Source of the DNA: Octopus sinensis
Taxonomy: Eukaryota
DNA: 31,621 nucleotides
Assembly (NCBI RefSeq): GCF_006345805.1
Contig: NW_021832297.1
Location: 1-31,621, forward strand
Reading direction: 5' to 3'
Part shown: piece by piece, positions 20,544 through 26,402 of the stretch
Position numbering within the stretch: position 1 is the first letter of the stretch
Layout: every line of letters begins with the position of its first letter
The notes under the pieces: generated by a model
Seen by the model: only the letters and a program-made list of their open reading frames with translations
Databases searched by the model: none
What the model was told of the DNA's origin: nothing
Translations under genes and position numbers: made by a program

Positions 20544-21262
20544 TTGAGTGAGAGAGCAGTGCATGCCATCAAAGTGACACTGGGGTAAAATATACGAAGC
20601 CCAATATACCATCATGACTACCCGTCTGATAAGGGTACACCAGGCACATGCATCACAACCATATGTGCGTGACATGGTGATCTCATATCAAGGTAAACAG
20701 CACATGACCTTGCAGGTGGGGCCCAGTTAGAATTTTCTTTTTCTCAGGTCAGTAGCAATCCCGCTCAAAAGGTCCCTGAATAAGGGTTGTTTAAGGATGT
20801 TGAAAGAACCACCCATGTTTCCAGAGGTGAATTATTCAAACCCCAAAGAATCCCTCTCAACATGGCTATGATGCTCCCCCACTACTTCTGCTCGTGATCA
20901 GAGATGCACATATCGTCAGCCACTAAGGGACATGCTCAACTGGTTAAGGTCAAACAACTGACAAGCAAATCTGTGGTATTGAGCAGAATATTTGCTGTAG
21001 CCCATCTTTTATACCAAGACAAAACAATGTACATGATAACATATTATTATTATTATTATTATCATTATTATTATTATTATATTTTCTTTTGCTTTTTCTT
21101 TTTTAACAGGATCCCTATTTTGGCTGGCTCAAAGTATTCTACTTGTCAGTTTCAATCAATGTTATTGGCGCTGTATTCTACCTCATATTTGCATCTGGGG
21201 AAGAACAAAGCTGGGCCCAGTCAGATGAAGAACAAAAGGAGCCGATTGTAACTGGAAATTGA
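204..21262 (+). CDS. SLC17A5-like: SLC17-family (sialin-like) MFS anion transporter, 11 coding exons: join(204..225,3006..3184,8769..9002,10124..10211,11756..11851,14043..14164,15579..15728,16308..16437,17056..17211,19250..19335,21110..21262), 471 aa
   Basis: Manual splicing gives a continuous 1416-nt ORF with matching intron phases (1,0,0,1,1,0,0,1,1,0). SLC17 motifs present: YALRVNLSVAI, GSFFYGY, EGVTFPAMH, WSPxxERS, GGWPSIFY, HPWISEKE, NHLDIAP, GISNTFATIPG, FASGEEQSWA. Exact orthology to vertebrate sialin is not established. Confidence 0.93.
241..1090 (-). mobile_element. SINE-A 3' half with an internal ~155-157 bp segment amplified 5x in tandem (units start ~268, 425, 581, 736, 890)
   Basis: Repeating tcagttatttgattg...gtaaacacaccagca unit; the normal SINE-A body resumes after 1045. 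Confidence 0.85.
1200..2950 (+). repeat. Purine-rich GAN-triplet minisatellite: eight ~168-181 bp units (anchor gacagtagt at ~1220, 1388, 1561, 1734, 1907, 2082, 2258, 2439), then shorter gaggagaatggagatgaagag-type units to ~2950
   Basis: Periodic anchors read directly from the sequence; lies in intron 1. Confidence 0.9.
3006..3184 (+). CDS. SLC17A5-like: SLC17 coding exon 2 (KIQVRF...YALRVNLSVAIIAM...KADNH): TM1 and luminal loop with sequons NLT and NDT
   Basis: Acceptor ttttgcag; donor gtgaga at 3185; conserved RVNLSVA motif. Confidence 0.93.
3232..3690 (-). mobile_element. SINE-A, near full length, with a ~60-bp internal duplication
   Basis: Matches the other SINE-A copies; the gggacttattctttgtaagcc...ccgcta block occurs twice (~3303, ~3368). 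Confidence 0.9.
3975..4100 (-). mobile_element. Possible Penelope-like element terminal fragment with a degenerate minimal hammerhead-like motif (4062-4096)
   Basis: Minus strand reads CTGTTGA-A-GAGC-gtag-GCTC-GAAA-CGTT-aaac; the PLE assignment is inferred from this motif only. Confidence 0.45.
4267..4605 (+). repeat. Compound minisatellite (three ttagtgcgtatgagaggtctggacgtg-type units with (gtatta)n/(gt)n)
   Basis: Anchor repeated at ~4269, 4380, 4501. Confidence 0.8.
4650..4922 (+). repeat. Low-complexity polypurine (G/A) tract
   Basis: Almost exclusively G and A. Confidence 0.85.
5050..5195 (-). mobile_element. Second possible Penelope-like terminal fragment with a degenerate minimal hammerhead-like motif (5156-5189)
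   Basis: Minus strand reads CCGACGA-A-GAGC-tcc-GCTC-GAAA-CATT-aaac; shares gctcaggaa and gtttaa.gtttcgagc with the 4.0-kb copy. Confidence 0.45.
5962..6267 (+). mobile_element. Non-autonomous Helitron, copy 1
   Basis: A|TCTTTATATATAAAA start; GC-rich subterminal cgagcaacaccgagcg; CTAG|T end; no TSD; four related copies in the window. Confidence 0.85.
6492..6878 (-). mobile_element. Non-autonomous Helitron, copy 2 (internal duplication), tail-to-tail with copy 1
   Basis: a|ctagcagtatcaaccggtgttgctcggg at 6492; reverse-complement 5' end ttttatatataaaga at ~6861-6875. Confidence 0.85.
6893..7306 (+). mobile_element. SINE-A, full-length reference copy (tRNA head, CORE-like central segment, internal TA/TG microsatellite, (TAAAAGAG)n tail)
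   Basis: A-box TGGCTGTGTGG at 6904-6914; B-box GGTTCAGTCC at 6947-6956; cttgggcaagtg resembles the CORE-SINE domain (inference). Confidence 0.92.
7330..8023. mobile_element. TIR element/MITE (~78-bp imperfect TIRs starting CAAAATAAG, TA on both flanks) containing a nested SINE-A
   Basis: ta|caaaataagaaaatggaggaatag... pairs with ...ctattcctccattttcttattttg|ta. Confidence 0.75.
7544..7946 (-). mobile_element. SINE-A, full length
   Basis: Reverse complement of the 6893 copy. Confidence 0.92.
8325..8574. mobile_element. 250-bp foldback MITE (122/121-bp arms, 7-nt loop, TA flanks; Tc1/mariner-type TSD)
   Basis: Arms 8325-8446 and 8454-8574 differ by one mismatch and one 1-bp indel; TA at 8323-8324 and 8575-8576. 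Confidence 0.88.
8769..9002 (+). CDS. SLC17A5-like: SLC17 coding exon 3 (TGEFDWDSNQQGLLLGSFFYGY...IRVAQGFFE)
   Basis: Acceptor ccccag; donor gtaagt at 9003; FDW..Q..LLGSFFYGY motif. Confidence 0.95.
9395..9960 (-). mobile_element. SINE-like repeat family D with (ATG)n tail and an internal 62-bp minisatellite (~6 units)
   Basis: (cat)n at 9395; ggatgcccttcctaacgccaaccact motif shared with ~12806; unit starts at 9595, 9657, 9719, 9781, 9843, ~9910. Confidence 0.75.
10124..10211 (+). CDS. SLC17A5-like: SLC17 coding exon 4 (GVTFPAMHNLLGKWSPMRERSILATITYS)
   Basis: Acceptor ttccag; donor gtgagt at 10212; GVTFPAMH...W.P..ERS motif; absent from the ORF track. Confidence 0.95.
10268..10664 (+). mobile_element. 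SINE-A, full length
   Basis: Head, body and taaaagag tail as in the 6893 copy; starts 56 bp after the exon 4 donor. Confidence 0.92.
10943..11689. mobile_element. Palindromic MITE family P, copy 1; left arm interrupted by a SINE-A
   Basis: 11391-11466 is the reverse complement of 11505-11580 (2 mismatches); 10943-10990 is the reverse complement of ~11581-11628; ends agtacatctcc. Confidence 0.82.
10993..11389 (-). mobile_element. SINE-A, full length, nested in MITE P
   Basis: Reverse complement of the 6893 copy; short att duplication at the junctions. Confidence 0.92.
11756..11851 (+). CDS. SLC17A5-like: SLC17 coding exon 5 (AHMGTVLSLPISGVLANSDLFGGWPSIFYVP)
   Basis: Acceptor tttttcag; donor gtaagt at 11852; GT..LP.SG.L...GGWPSIFY motif. 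Confidence 0.95.
11947..12163 (-). mobile_element. SINE family B monomer (tRNA head, gcctttcatcctttcggggtcgataaattaagtaccag core)
   Basis: Reverse complement of the array units at 14768 and 21426; B-box GAGTTCAAATTCC. Confidence 0.88.
12306..12480 (+). mobile_element. SINE family C, 5' portion
   Basis: A-box TGGCCTAGTGG; B-box GGTTCGAATC; same head and body as 19559. Confidence 0.85.
12497..12700 (+). repeat. Compound (AAT)n/(GGT)n/(GAT)n microsatellite
   Basis: Seen directly. Confidence 0.9.
12708..12885 (-). mobile_element. Degenerate family-D fragment
   Basis: ccatacttgcatggg and ggatgcccttcctaatgccaaccact resemble 9425-9545. Confidence 0.55.
13062..13296 (-). mobile_element. SINE-B monomer
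   Basis: Reverse complement of the SINE-B consensus, including the gcgagctggcagaaacgttagc head. Confidence 0.88.
13398..13718 (-). mobile_element. CR1-clade LINE 3' end (ORF2 C-terminus, 3'UTR, (TTAAC)n tail)
   Basis: Minus-strand translation RRLRGHSEKLYLRRFHLSRRGAFSVRVADPWNKLPDEIVKMPTTVRFKVSLDQKWPELFA* (stop 13486-13488) has the CR1 RGH...FS.RV...WN.LP...FK..LD pattern. Confidence 0.85.
14043..14164 (+). CDS. SLC17A5-like: SLC17 coding exon 6 (IGGIIWFIGWIFIASNSPAEHPWISEKEKRYIESSVGCRK)
   Basis: Pyrimidine tract plus caaag acceptor; donor gtaaaa at 14165; SP..HP.IS..E..YI motif. Confidence 0.93.
14176..14380 (+). repeat. (CAT)n microsatellite just after the exon 6 donor
   Basis: Seen directly. 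Confidence 0.9.
14462..14582 (+). mobile_element. SINE-B-core fragment with an alternative tail (ccccaaaattgct...ccaaaattcgaa)
   Basis: tttcatcctttcgaggtcgataaaataagtac core; similar tails at ~20050, ~29960, ~30785. Confidence 0.6.
14585..14767 (+). repeat. (ATT)n/(CAT)n/(AAT)n microsatellite
   Basis: Seen directly. Confidence 0.9.
14768..15541 (+). mobile_element. SINE-B 4x head-to-tail array (~185-bp period)
   Basis: B-box gagttcaaattcc at 14828, 15012, 15198, 15383; junction aaagaaataggtattt. Confidence 0.9.
15579..15728 (+). CDS. SLC17A5-like: SLC17 coding exon 7 (EFRTPWYSIFTSIRVWAINVGHVTFNWNFYLMLTSLPLYMKTVLHFDMSQ)
   Basis: PW..I.TS..VWAI...H...NW.FY.L.T.LP.YMK.VL.FD motif; ends at CAG|gcaagc (GC donor). 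Confidence 0.92.
15729..16307 (+). other. Non-canonical GC-AG intron (intron 7, 579 bp)
   Basis: CAG|GCAAGC...ttaacag|AAC. This junction joins FDMSQ to NSLYSAIPY in phase 0, matching the family pattern FD...NG..SA.PY. Confidence 0.8.
15755..16300 (+). repeat. (CT)n/(TA)n/(CA)n microsatellite mosaic filling intron 7, with a SINE-A tail fragment (minus strand) at ~16039-16090
   Basis: Seen directly; cttgtttcagtcatttgactgtggccatgctgg matches the SINE-A 3' end. Confidence 0.8.
16308..16437 (+). CDS. SLC17A5-like: SLC17 coding exon 8 (NSLYSAIPYLLLWFLMTITGFVADWLKNGILSTGTTRKILNTV)
   Basis: (CT)n tract plus taacag acceptor; donor gtaagc at 16438; AD.L....LST..RK..N motif. Confidence 0.93.
16503..17025 (+). 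repeat. ~520-bp (CAT)n microsatellite occupying most of intron 8
   Basis: Seen directly. Confidence 0.95.
17056..17211 (+). CDS. SLC17A5-like: SLC17 coding exon 9 (ITLPAILLG...GGYQVNHLDIAPNFA)
   Basis: Acceptor ccacag; donor gtgagt at 17212; NHLDIAP motif. Confidence 0.95.
17743..18133 (-). mobile_element. RTE-clade LINE 3' fragment with a 142-bp internal tandem duplication and a 9-bp TSD, inserted in a SINE-B head
   Basis: Minus-strand RRVQFAGHCCRAEKEVISTLLLWKP...RGRTLSYPDVISRDTG and IQQQDLRNAMMDREVWRSIV; (ATG)n tail; TSD agaattgtt at 17734-17742 and 18134-18142. Confidence 0.82.
18470..18858 (+). mobile_element. SINE-A with small internal deletions
   Basis: Head and tail as in the 6893 copy. 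Confidence 0.9.
18937..19208. mobile_element. Palindromic MITE family P, copy 2 (left arm truncated)
   Basis: Arms 18937-19005 and 19011-19076 around loop catct; right portion nearly identical to 11492-11689. Confidence 0.85.
19250..19335 (+). CDS. SLC17A5-like: SLC17 coding exon 10 (TLMGISNTFATIPGFVAPSVVGAFTHIQ)
   Basis: Acceptor cctttcag; donor gtttgt at 19336; LMGISNTFATIPG motif. Confidence 0.95.
19559..19863 (+). mobile_element. SINE-C, short-tail subfamily, 11-bp TSD
   Basis: TSD ataatagttgt at 19548-19558 and 19864-19874; tRNA-like head. Confidence 0.88.
20134..20508 (-). mobile_element. R4/Dong-like (restriction-like endonuclease) non-LTR retrotransposon 3' fragment flanked by (TAA)n on both sides
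   Basis: Minus-strand SKYKDLLIEIVKMWHLKATTVPVIVGSLGMIKKG...LQEVQKIVLTGTAHVLRRALSL* (stop 20298-20300), then a 3'UTR ending at (ATT)n 20105-20133. Confidence 0.8.
20544..21042. repeat. Unclassified ~500-bp non-coding segment bounded by (ATT)n tracts; probable interspersed repeat
   Basis: Sharp microsatellite boundaries and no recognisable ORF; single copy in this window, so repeat status is not shown here. Confidence 0.4.
21110..21262 (+). CDS. SLC17A5-like: SLC17 coding exon 11, last (DPYFGWLKVFYLS...FASGEEQSWAQSDEEQKEPIVTGN*)
   Basis: Long pyrimidine tract plus taacag; W..VF......G..FY.IFASGE.Q.WA motif; TGA at 21260-21262. Confidence 0.95.
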   Translation, partial: DPYFGWLKVFYLSVSINVIGAVFYLIFASGEEQSWAQSDEEQKEPIVTGN

Positions 21263-21425
21263 AAGAAAAAAAATTAAAAACAAACCAATGTTTCTCCGAA
21301 TTCAATTTATAATGTGACAAGTGCCTTTTGGACTGAAACAAACATTTCTAAATCATCATTATTATTATTATTATTGTTATTATTATCATCATGTGGGCAG
21401 CAAGCTGAAAGAATCATACACATGG

Positions 21426-22549
21426 ACAAGGTGGCGAGCTGGCAGAAACGTTAGCACGCCGGGGCGAAATGCGTAGCCGTATTTCGTCTGCCGTTACGTT
21501 CTGGGTTCAAATTCCGCCGAGGTCGACTTTGCCTTTCATCCTTTCGGGGTCGATAAATAAAGTACCAGTTACGCACTGGGGTCGATGTAATCGTCTTAAT
21601 ACCTATGTCTGTCCTTGTTTGTCCCCTCTATGTTTAGTCCCCTGTGGGCAGTAAAGAAATAGGTATTTCGTCTGCCGCTACGTTCTGAGTTCAAATTCCG
21701 CCGAGGTCGACTTTGCCTTTCATCCTTTCGGGGTCGATAAATAAAGTACCAGTTACGCACTGGGGTCGATGTAATCGACTTAATCCGTGTGCCTGTCCTT
21801 GTTTGTCCCCTCTATGTTTAGCCCCTTGTGGGTAGTAAAGAAATAGGTATTTCGTCTGCCGTTACGTTCTGAGTTCAAATTCCGCCAAGGTCGACTTTGC
21901 CTTTCATCCTTTTGGGGTCGATGTAATCGACTTAATCCGTGTGCCTGTCCTTGTTAGTCCCCTCTATGTTTAGTCCCTTGTGGGCAGTAAAGAAATAGGT
22001 ATTTCGTCTGCCGTTACGTTCTGAGTTCAAATTCCGCCGAGGTCGACTTTGCCTTTCATCCTTTCGGGGTCGATAATAAAGTACCAGTTTTACGCACTGG
22101 GGTCGATGTAATCGACTTAATCCGTGTGCCTGTCCTTGTTTGTCCCCTCTATGTTTAGCCCCTTGTGGGTAGTAAAGAAATAGGTATTTCGTCTGCCGTT
22201 ACGTTCTGAGTTCAAATTCCGCCAAGGTCGACTTTGCCTTTCATCCTTTCGGGGTCTATAAATAAAGTACCAGTTACGCACTGGGGTCGATGTAATCGAC
22301 TTAATCCGTGTGCCTGTCCTTGTTTGTCCCCTCTATGTTTAGTCCCCTGTGGGCAGTAAAGAAATAGGTATTTCGTCTGCCGTTACGTTCTGAGTTCAAA
22401 TTCCGCCAAGGTCGACTTTGCCTTTCATCCTTTCGGGGTCGATAAATAAAGTACCAGTTACGCACTGGGGTCGATGTAATCGACTTAATCCGTGTGCCTG
22501 TCCTTGTTTGTCCCCTCTATGTTTAGTCCCTTGTGGGCAGTAAAGAAAT
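21426..22549 (+). mobile_element. SINE-B 6x head-to-tail array flanked by a 17-bp direct repeat
   Basis: B-boxes at ~21504, 21687, 21871, 22023, 22208, 22392; aagaatcatacacatgg at 21409-21425 and 22550-22566. Confidence 0.9.
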
Positions 22550-22884
22550 AAGAATCATACACATGGCAGGCTAGATGCATTGCAGTATTCCATACGTCTT
22601 TGCATTCTGGGTTCATATTTTGCCTTTCATTCTTTTGGGTATCAATGAAATAAGGACCAATGAAATACAGGGGATCGATCTTACTGATTTTCCTTTCTCT
22701 TCTAAATACAGCAGGCCCAGTGCCAAAAAAAATTTGAAACCATTCTTCTTCAAGAACATTTCTTTTATATTCTGAGTTCAAATGCTGCCATGCTCAACTC
22801 TGCCATTCATCCTTTTGGTGGGGGTCGACAAAATAAAATTCCAGTTGAACACTGGGGTTTCTGTAGGTGTCCTGCTGTGGGGTT

Positions 22885-23227
22885 CCGTACCCCACATTTA
22901 CTCATTCCAGACCCCAATCCAAATGTGGACAGTATTCACCAGAGCATCAACTCCCTCAATATCCTTGGCATACAACTTCAGATCATTCATGAATAACATA
23001 TGATTCACTCTTTCTCTTCCTTTCCCTGGCTCATATCCAGCTTTAACATCCCTAAACACTAATTTTAATGGAATTAGGGACATGACAACTGACACTGGAG
23101 ACAGACTGTCACCTTGAAAGATCCTTCACTTAATTTGGACATTACAAAGACCTTCCCCTCCTGTGGTTAAGCATGTATTCCAATGCTTCATTGAGCCGGT
23201 GATAAAAATTCTCATGTTTCTAGCAAC
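22885..23227 (-). pseudogene. Reverse-transcriptase fragment of an R4/Dong-like element (one stop, frameshift, catalytic D to N)
   Basis: Minus-strand MKHWNTCLTTGGEGLCNVQIK*RIFQGDSLSPVSVVMSLIPL...VNHMLFMNDLKLYAK; IFQGDSLSP and (Y/F)MDDLKLYA are RT motifs. Confidence 0.82.
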
Positions 23228-23228
23228 T

Positions 23229-23229
<1 letters not shown>

Positions 23230-23273
<44 letters not shown>

Positions 23274-23278
23274 TATTA

Positions 23279-23321
<43 letters not shown>

Positions 23322-23608
23322 GAGTTTTTCTTCTTTCAATTTTGTTTCCATTGCTTGCTGAGTCTTCTTCTTCTTCTTCTTCTTCTTCTTCTCTTCTTCT
23401 TCTTCTCTTCTTCTTCTTCTTCTTCTCTGTTTCTTCTTCTTCTTCTTCTCTTCTTCTTCTTCTCTTTCTTCTTTTCTTTCTTCTCTTCTTCTTCTCTTCT
23501 TCTTCTTCTTCTTCTTCTTCTTCTTCTCTTCTTCTTCTTCTTCTTCTCTTCTTCACCACCATCACCACCACCACCACCACCACCACCACCACCATCATCA
23601 TCATCATT
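23230..23608 (+). repeat. (ATT)n/(CTT)n/(CAC)n compound microsatellite
   Basis: Seen directly. Confidence 0.9.
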
Positions 23609-23688
23609 AAGGCAGCAAGCCGGCAGAATCATTAGCATTGAAGGTGAATTTTATTCATTTTATTTTTTTGAAGATGGCAAGGGGGCAG

Positions 23689-24174
23689 ACCAAATATAAA
23701 CCATTTTGTTGCACAATGCGTCTCCATCTTTCCTTTAACTTGAAAATACCCTCTTCCCAGAATTGAGGTGGTTTCATGGCAAAGAATTCATCAAGTTATC
23801 TTTTTACGTCATCCAAGGAATTGAAATTTTCACCATTAAGACTATTCTGCAGAGACCTGAATAAGTGGAAATCCGAAGGAGCAACATCTGGTGAATACGG
23901 AGGGTGGGGTAACACATTCCAGCCGAGCTGCAGCACTTTTTGTCTGATTCCCAAAGCATCAAGTGCCGAAAATGAACTTTCTTATCTTCCATTTTAAAGG
24001 GTTACAAAATTAACACAGGTTATAAGAACATAAACCTTCTTCCATGAAAAGATAGCTTAAACTGTGCTCTAAATGGCGGAGTAGTCAAATCCTATTTTAC
24101 GGACTCAACCATGTTCTAAAATAAGTCGAAAGTTAAGCTACTATAAATCGGCACGAACTTTGCGGACAACCCAA
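23689..24174 (-). mobile_element. Internally deleted mariner transposon (5' TIR, transposase N-terminus joined to C-terminus; 3' TIR missing)
   Basis: TA|TTGGGTTGTCCGCAAAGTTCGTGCCGATTT TIR at 24174-24145; ATG at 23992 gives MEDKKVHFRHLMLWE, then a shifted frame gives RQKVLQLGWNVLPHPPYSPDVAPSDFHLFRSLQN...RWRRIVQQNG with one in-frame stop. Confidence 0.88.
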
Positions 24175-24556
24175 TAGAAGTTAACTCATTTTGGCCAAAT
24201 TATCAATTCCATCCCTCACCCCACTATATAGGACTTTATTTGATGTAAATAAATCGATGGATTTTGAAGAGTGTAAAGAAAATATTAATATTAACGATAT
24301 TTGTTTTCAAAATGTGGAACTATGTTAAATCTATTTTGCATTCCAACACCAAAAGAAGAAAGCGGGTAACAAAAAATATGAGGGAGGTAATTTAGAGAAT
24401 AAAAATCGTAAACACCGATGTAAGGGAAATAACTCGTGGACACTTTATTTTCAACCATTTTGTTTGTAATGGATGAAAGGTAAACTAGATTTGAACTAAA
24501 CCCCGACTCACCAAAAAAAAAAGAAAAGAAAGAAAACAAAAAAACTATAATTAGAT

Positions 24557-24754
24557 AGGCGCAGGAGTGGCTGTATGGTAAGTAGCTTGCTAACCAACCA
24601 CATGGTTCCGGGTTCAGTCCCACTGCGTGGCATCTTGGGCAGTGTCTTCTGCTATAGCCCCGGGCCGACCAATGCCTTGTGAGTGGATTTGGTAGACGGA
24701 AACTGAAAGAAGCCCGTCGTATATATGTATATGTATATATATATATATGTGTGG

Positions 24755-24810
<56 letters not shown>

Positions 24811-25214
24811 ATATATAATATATATATATAATTATATATATATATATATATATATAATATGTTATATATATATATATATTATATATTGTGTGTGTGTTTG
24901 TCCCCCTAGCATTGCTTGACAACTGATGCTGGTGTGTTTACGTCCCCGTCACTTAGCGGTTCGGCAAAAGAGTGACCGATAGAATAAGTACTGGGCTTAC
25001 AAAGAATAAGTCCCGGGGTCGATTTGCTCGACTAAAGGCGGTGCTCCAGCATGGCCGCTGTCAAATGACTGAAACAAGTAAAAGAGTAAAAGAGAATAAG
25101 TAGAATAAGTACTAGGTTTACAAAGAATAAGTCCTGGAGTCGATTTGCTCGACTAAAGGCGGTGCTGCAGCATGGCCGCAGTCAAATGACTGAAACAAGT
25201 AAAAGAGTAAAAGA
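24557..25214 (+). mobile_element. SINE-A with an expanded (TA)n centre (~170 bp) and a duplicated 3' end (~25100-25214)
   Basis: Head at 24557; tagaataagtact...gtaaaagag occurs twice. Confidence 0.9.
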
Positions 25215-25589
25215 GAGAGAGAGAGAGATACTGGTGACGTTTTTGGCTTGGCATCCCAAAATTCCATCTATTTGTCTGACCGTCCTCCATCGATCCGTCC
25301 AACAACCTTGAAAGGAAAAATCCCAACAGCTGTGAGACCGGTTACATCCAACCAAACTAAATCTCAGGTTATGATTTGTTTGCGTTGAAATTTTACTAAA
25401 CTTTAGGAGTGAAATATGAATGCACGACTCATTTGCTTTTTTTTGATTAATAAAAATGAACAAAAGAACCGTTTCTAATCGCCATAGATCGTCATATTTC
25501 TTCAATAAGTGGACAACCGTAGATTCATCCATCCTTACATACATACATATATGCATGTGTGTTTTAATCTATCTATCTATACGAGCATA

Positions 25590-25955
25590 CGAACGAACAT
25601 GCATAATACATACATACATGCATACATTCACACATACACAAGCATACACACACATGCATACATCCATCCATCCATACACACACACATACATACATACACA
25701 CACACATACATACATACATACATACATACATTCATACATACACACACACACATACATACATACATACATACAAACATACGTACACACATACATGCATACA
25801 TACATACATACACGCATACATACACATACACACATACACATACACACATGCATACATACATACATTCATACATACACACAGATGCATACATCCACCCATC
25901 CATCCATACATACACACATACATACATACATACACGCATACATATACATACATAA
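25590..25955 (+). repeat. (CATA)n/(CA)n microsatellite
   Basis: Seen directly. Confidence 0.9.
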
Positions 25956-26005
25956 AAACAAATTAAAAGGCACACCGTTTGGCAAAACTTGACAAGAACA
26001 TTTAA

Positions 26006-26402
26006 TCTTTATATATAAAAGTAAGGTTGTGTGTCTGTCCCCTTCGATTTAGATTCCTAACTACTCCCACATTTTGCGATGCAGTTTAACCAAAACCAGG
26101 TATCTTATAGTCGTGATTCATATAGAGCCCTTCTGGGTATTAGCGCGCGTCTACGATGAGTCTACGATTTAGAAAAAATTTACCATCATTTTTTTCCATT
26201 TTAATGCATATTTTTCGCTATTATATAAGGGAAGTAACTCTCTAAAAATGTCTACGATGAGTCAACGATTAAAAAAAAATTTACCATAATTTTTTTTCCA
26301 TTTTTAATGCATTTTTTTGCTATTTTTTTGGCTATAACTCTCTAAAAATGCCTTATAGTTATTTCCCTTACAAATCCGAGCAACGCCGGGCGATACTGCT
26401 AG
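26006..26402 (+). mobile_element. Non-autonomous Helitron, copy 3 (internal ~100-bp duplication)
   Basis: A|TCTTTATATATAAAA...cgagcaacgccgggcgatactgCTAG. Confidence 0.87.

Noticed and set aside
21273-21278. ATTAAA as the polyadenylation signal
   Set aside because: Only 10 nt after the stop codon and within an A-rich run; the 3' end cannot be placed without transcript data
14768-22549. Regularly spaced repeats as a CRISPR array
   Set aside because: Eukaryotic DNA; the units are ~185-bp SINE bodies with no unique spacers and no cas genes
20134-23227. The RT fragment and the C-terminal fragment as one disrupted LINE
   Set aside because: The host's terminal coding exon (21110-21262) lies between them, and the 20.1-20.5 kb piece has its own (TAA)n flanks
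24071-24080. YY1-like AAATGGCGG motif as a promoter of a downstream gene
   Set aside because: It lies in the 5'UTR of the mariner remnant, between its TIR and ATG
25215-25370. Stop-free stretch (DTGDVFGLASQNSIYLSDRPPSIRP...) ending at cag|gttatg, a possible exon
   Set aside because: No polypyrimidine acceptor (the SINE tail is directly upstream), no recognisable homology and no partner exons
25456-25992. His/Thr/Tyr- and Met/Val/Cys-rich ORFs
   Set aside because: Translations of the (CATA)n/(CA)n microsatellite
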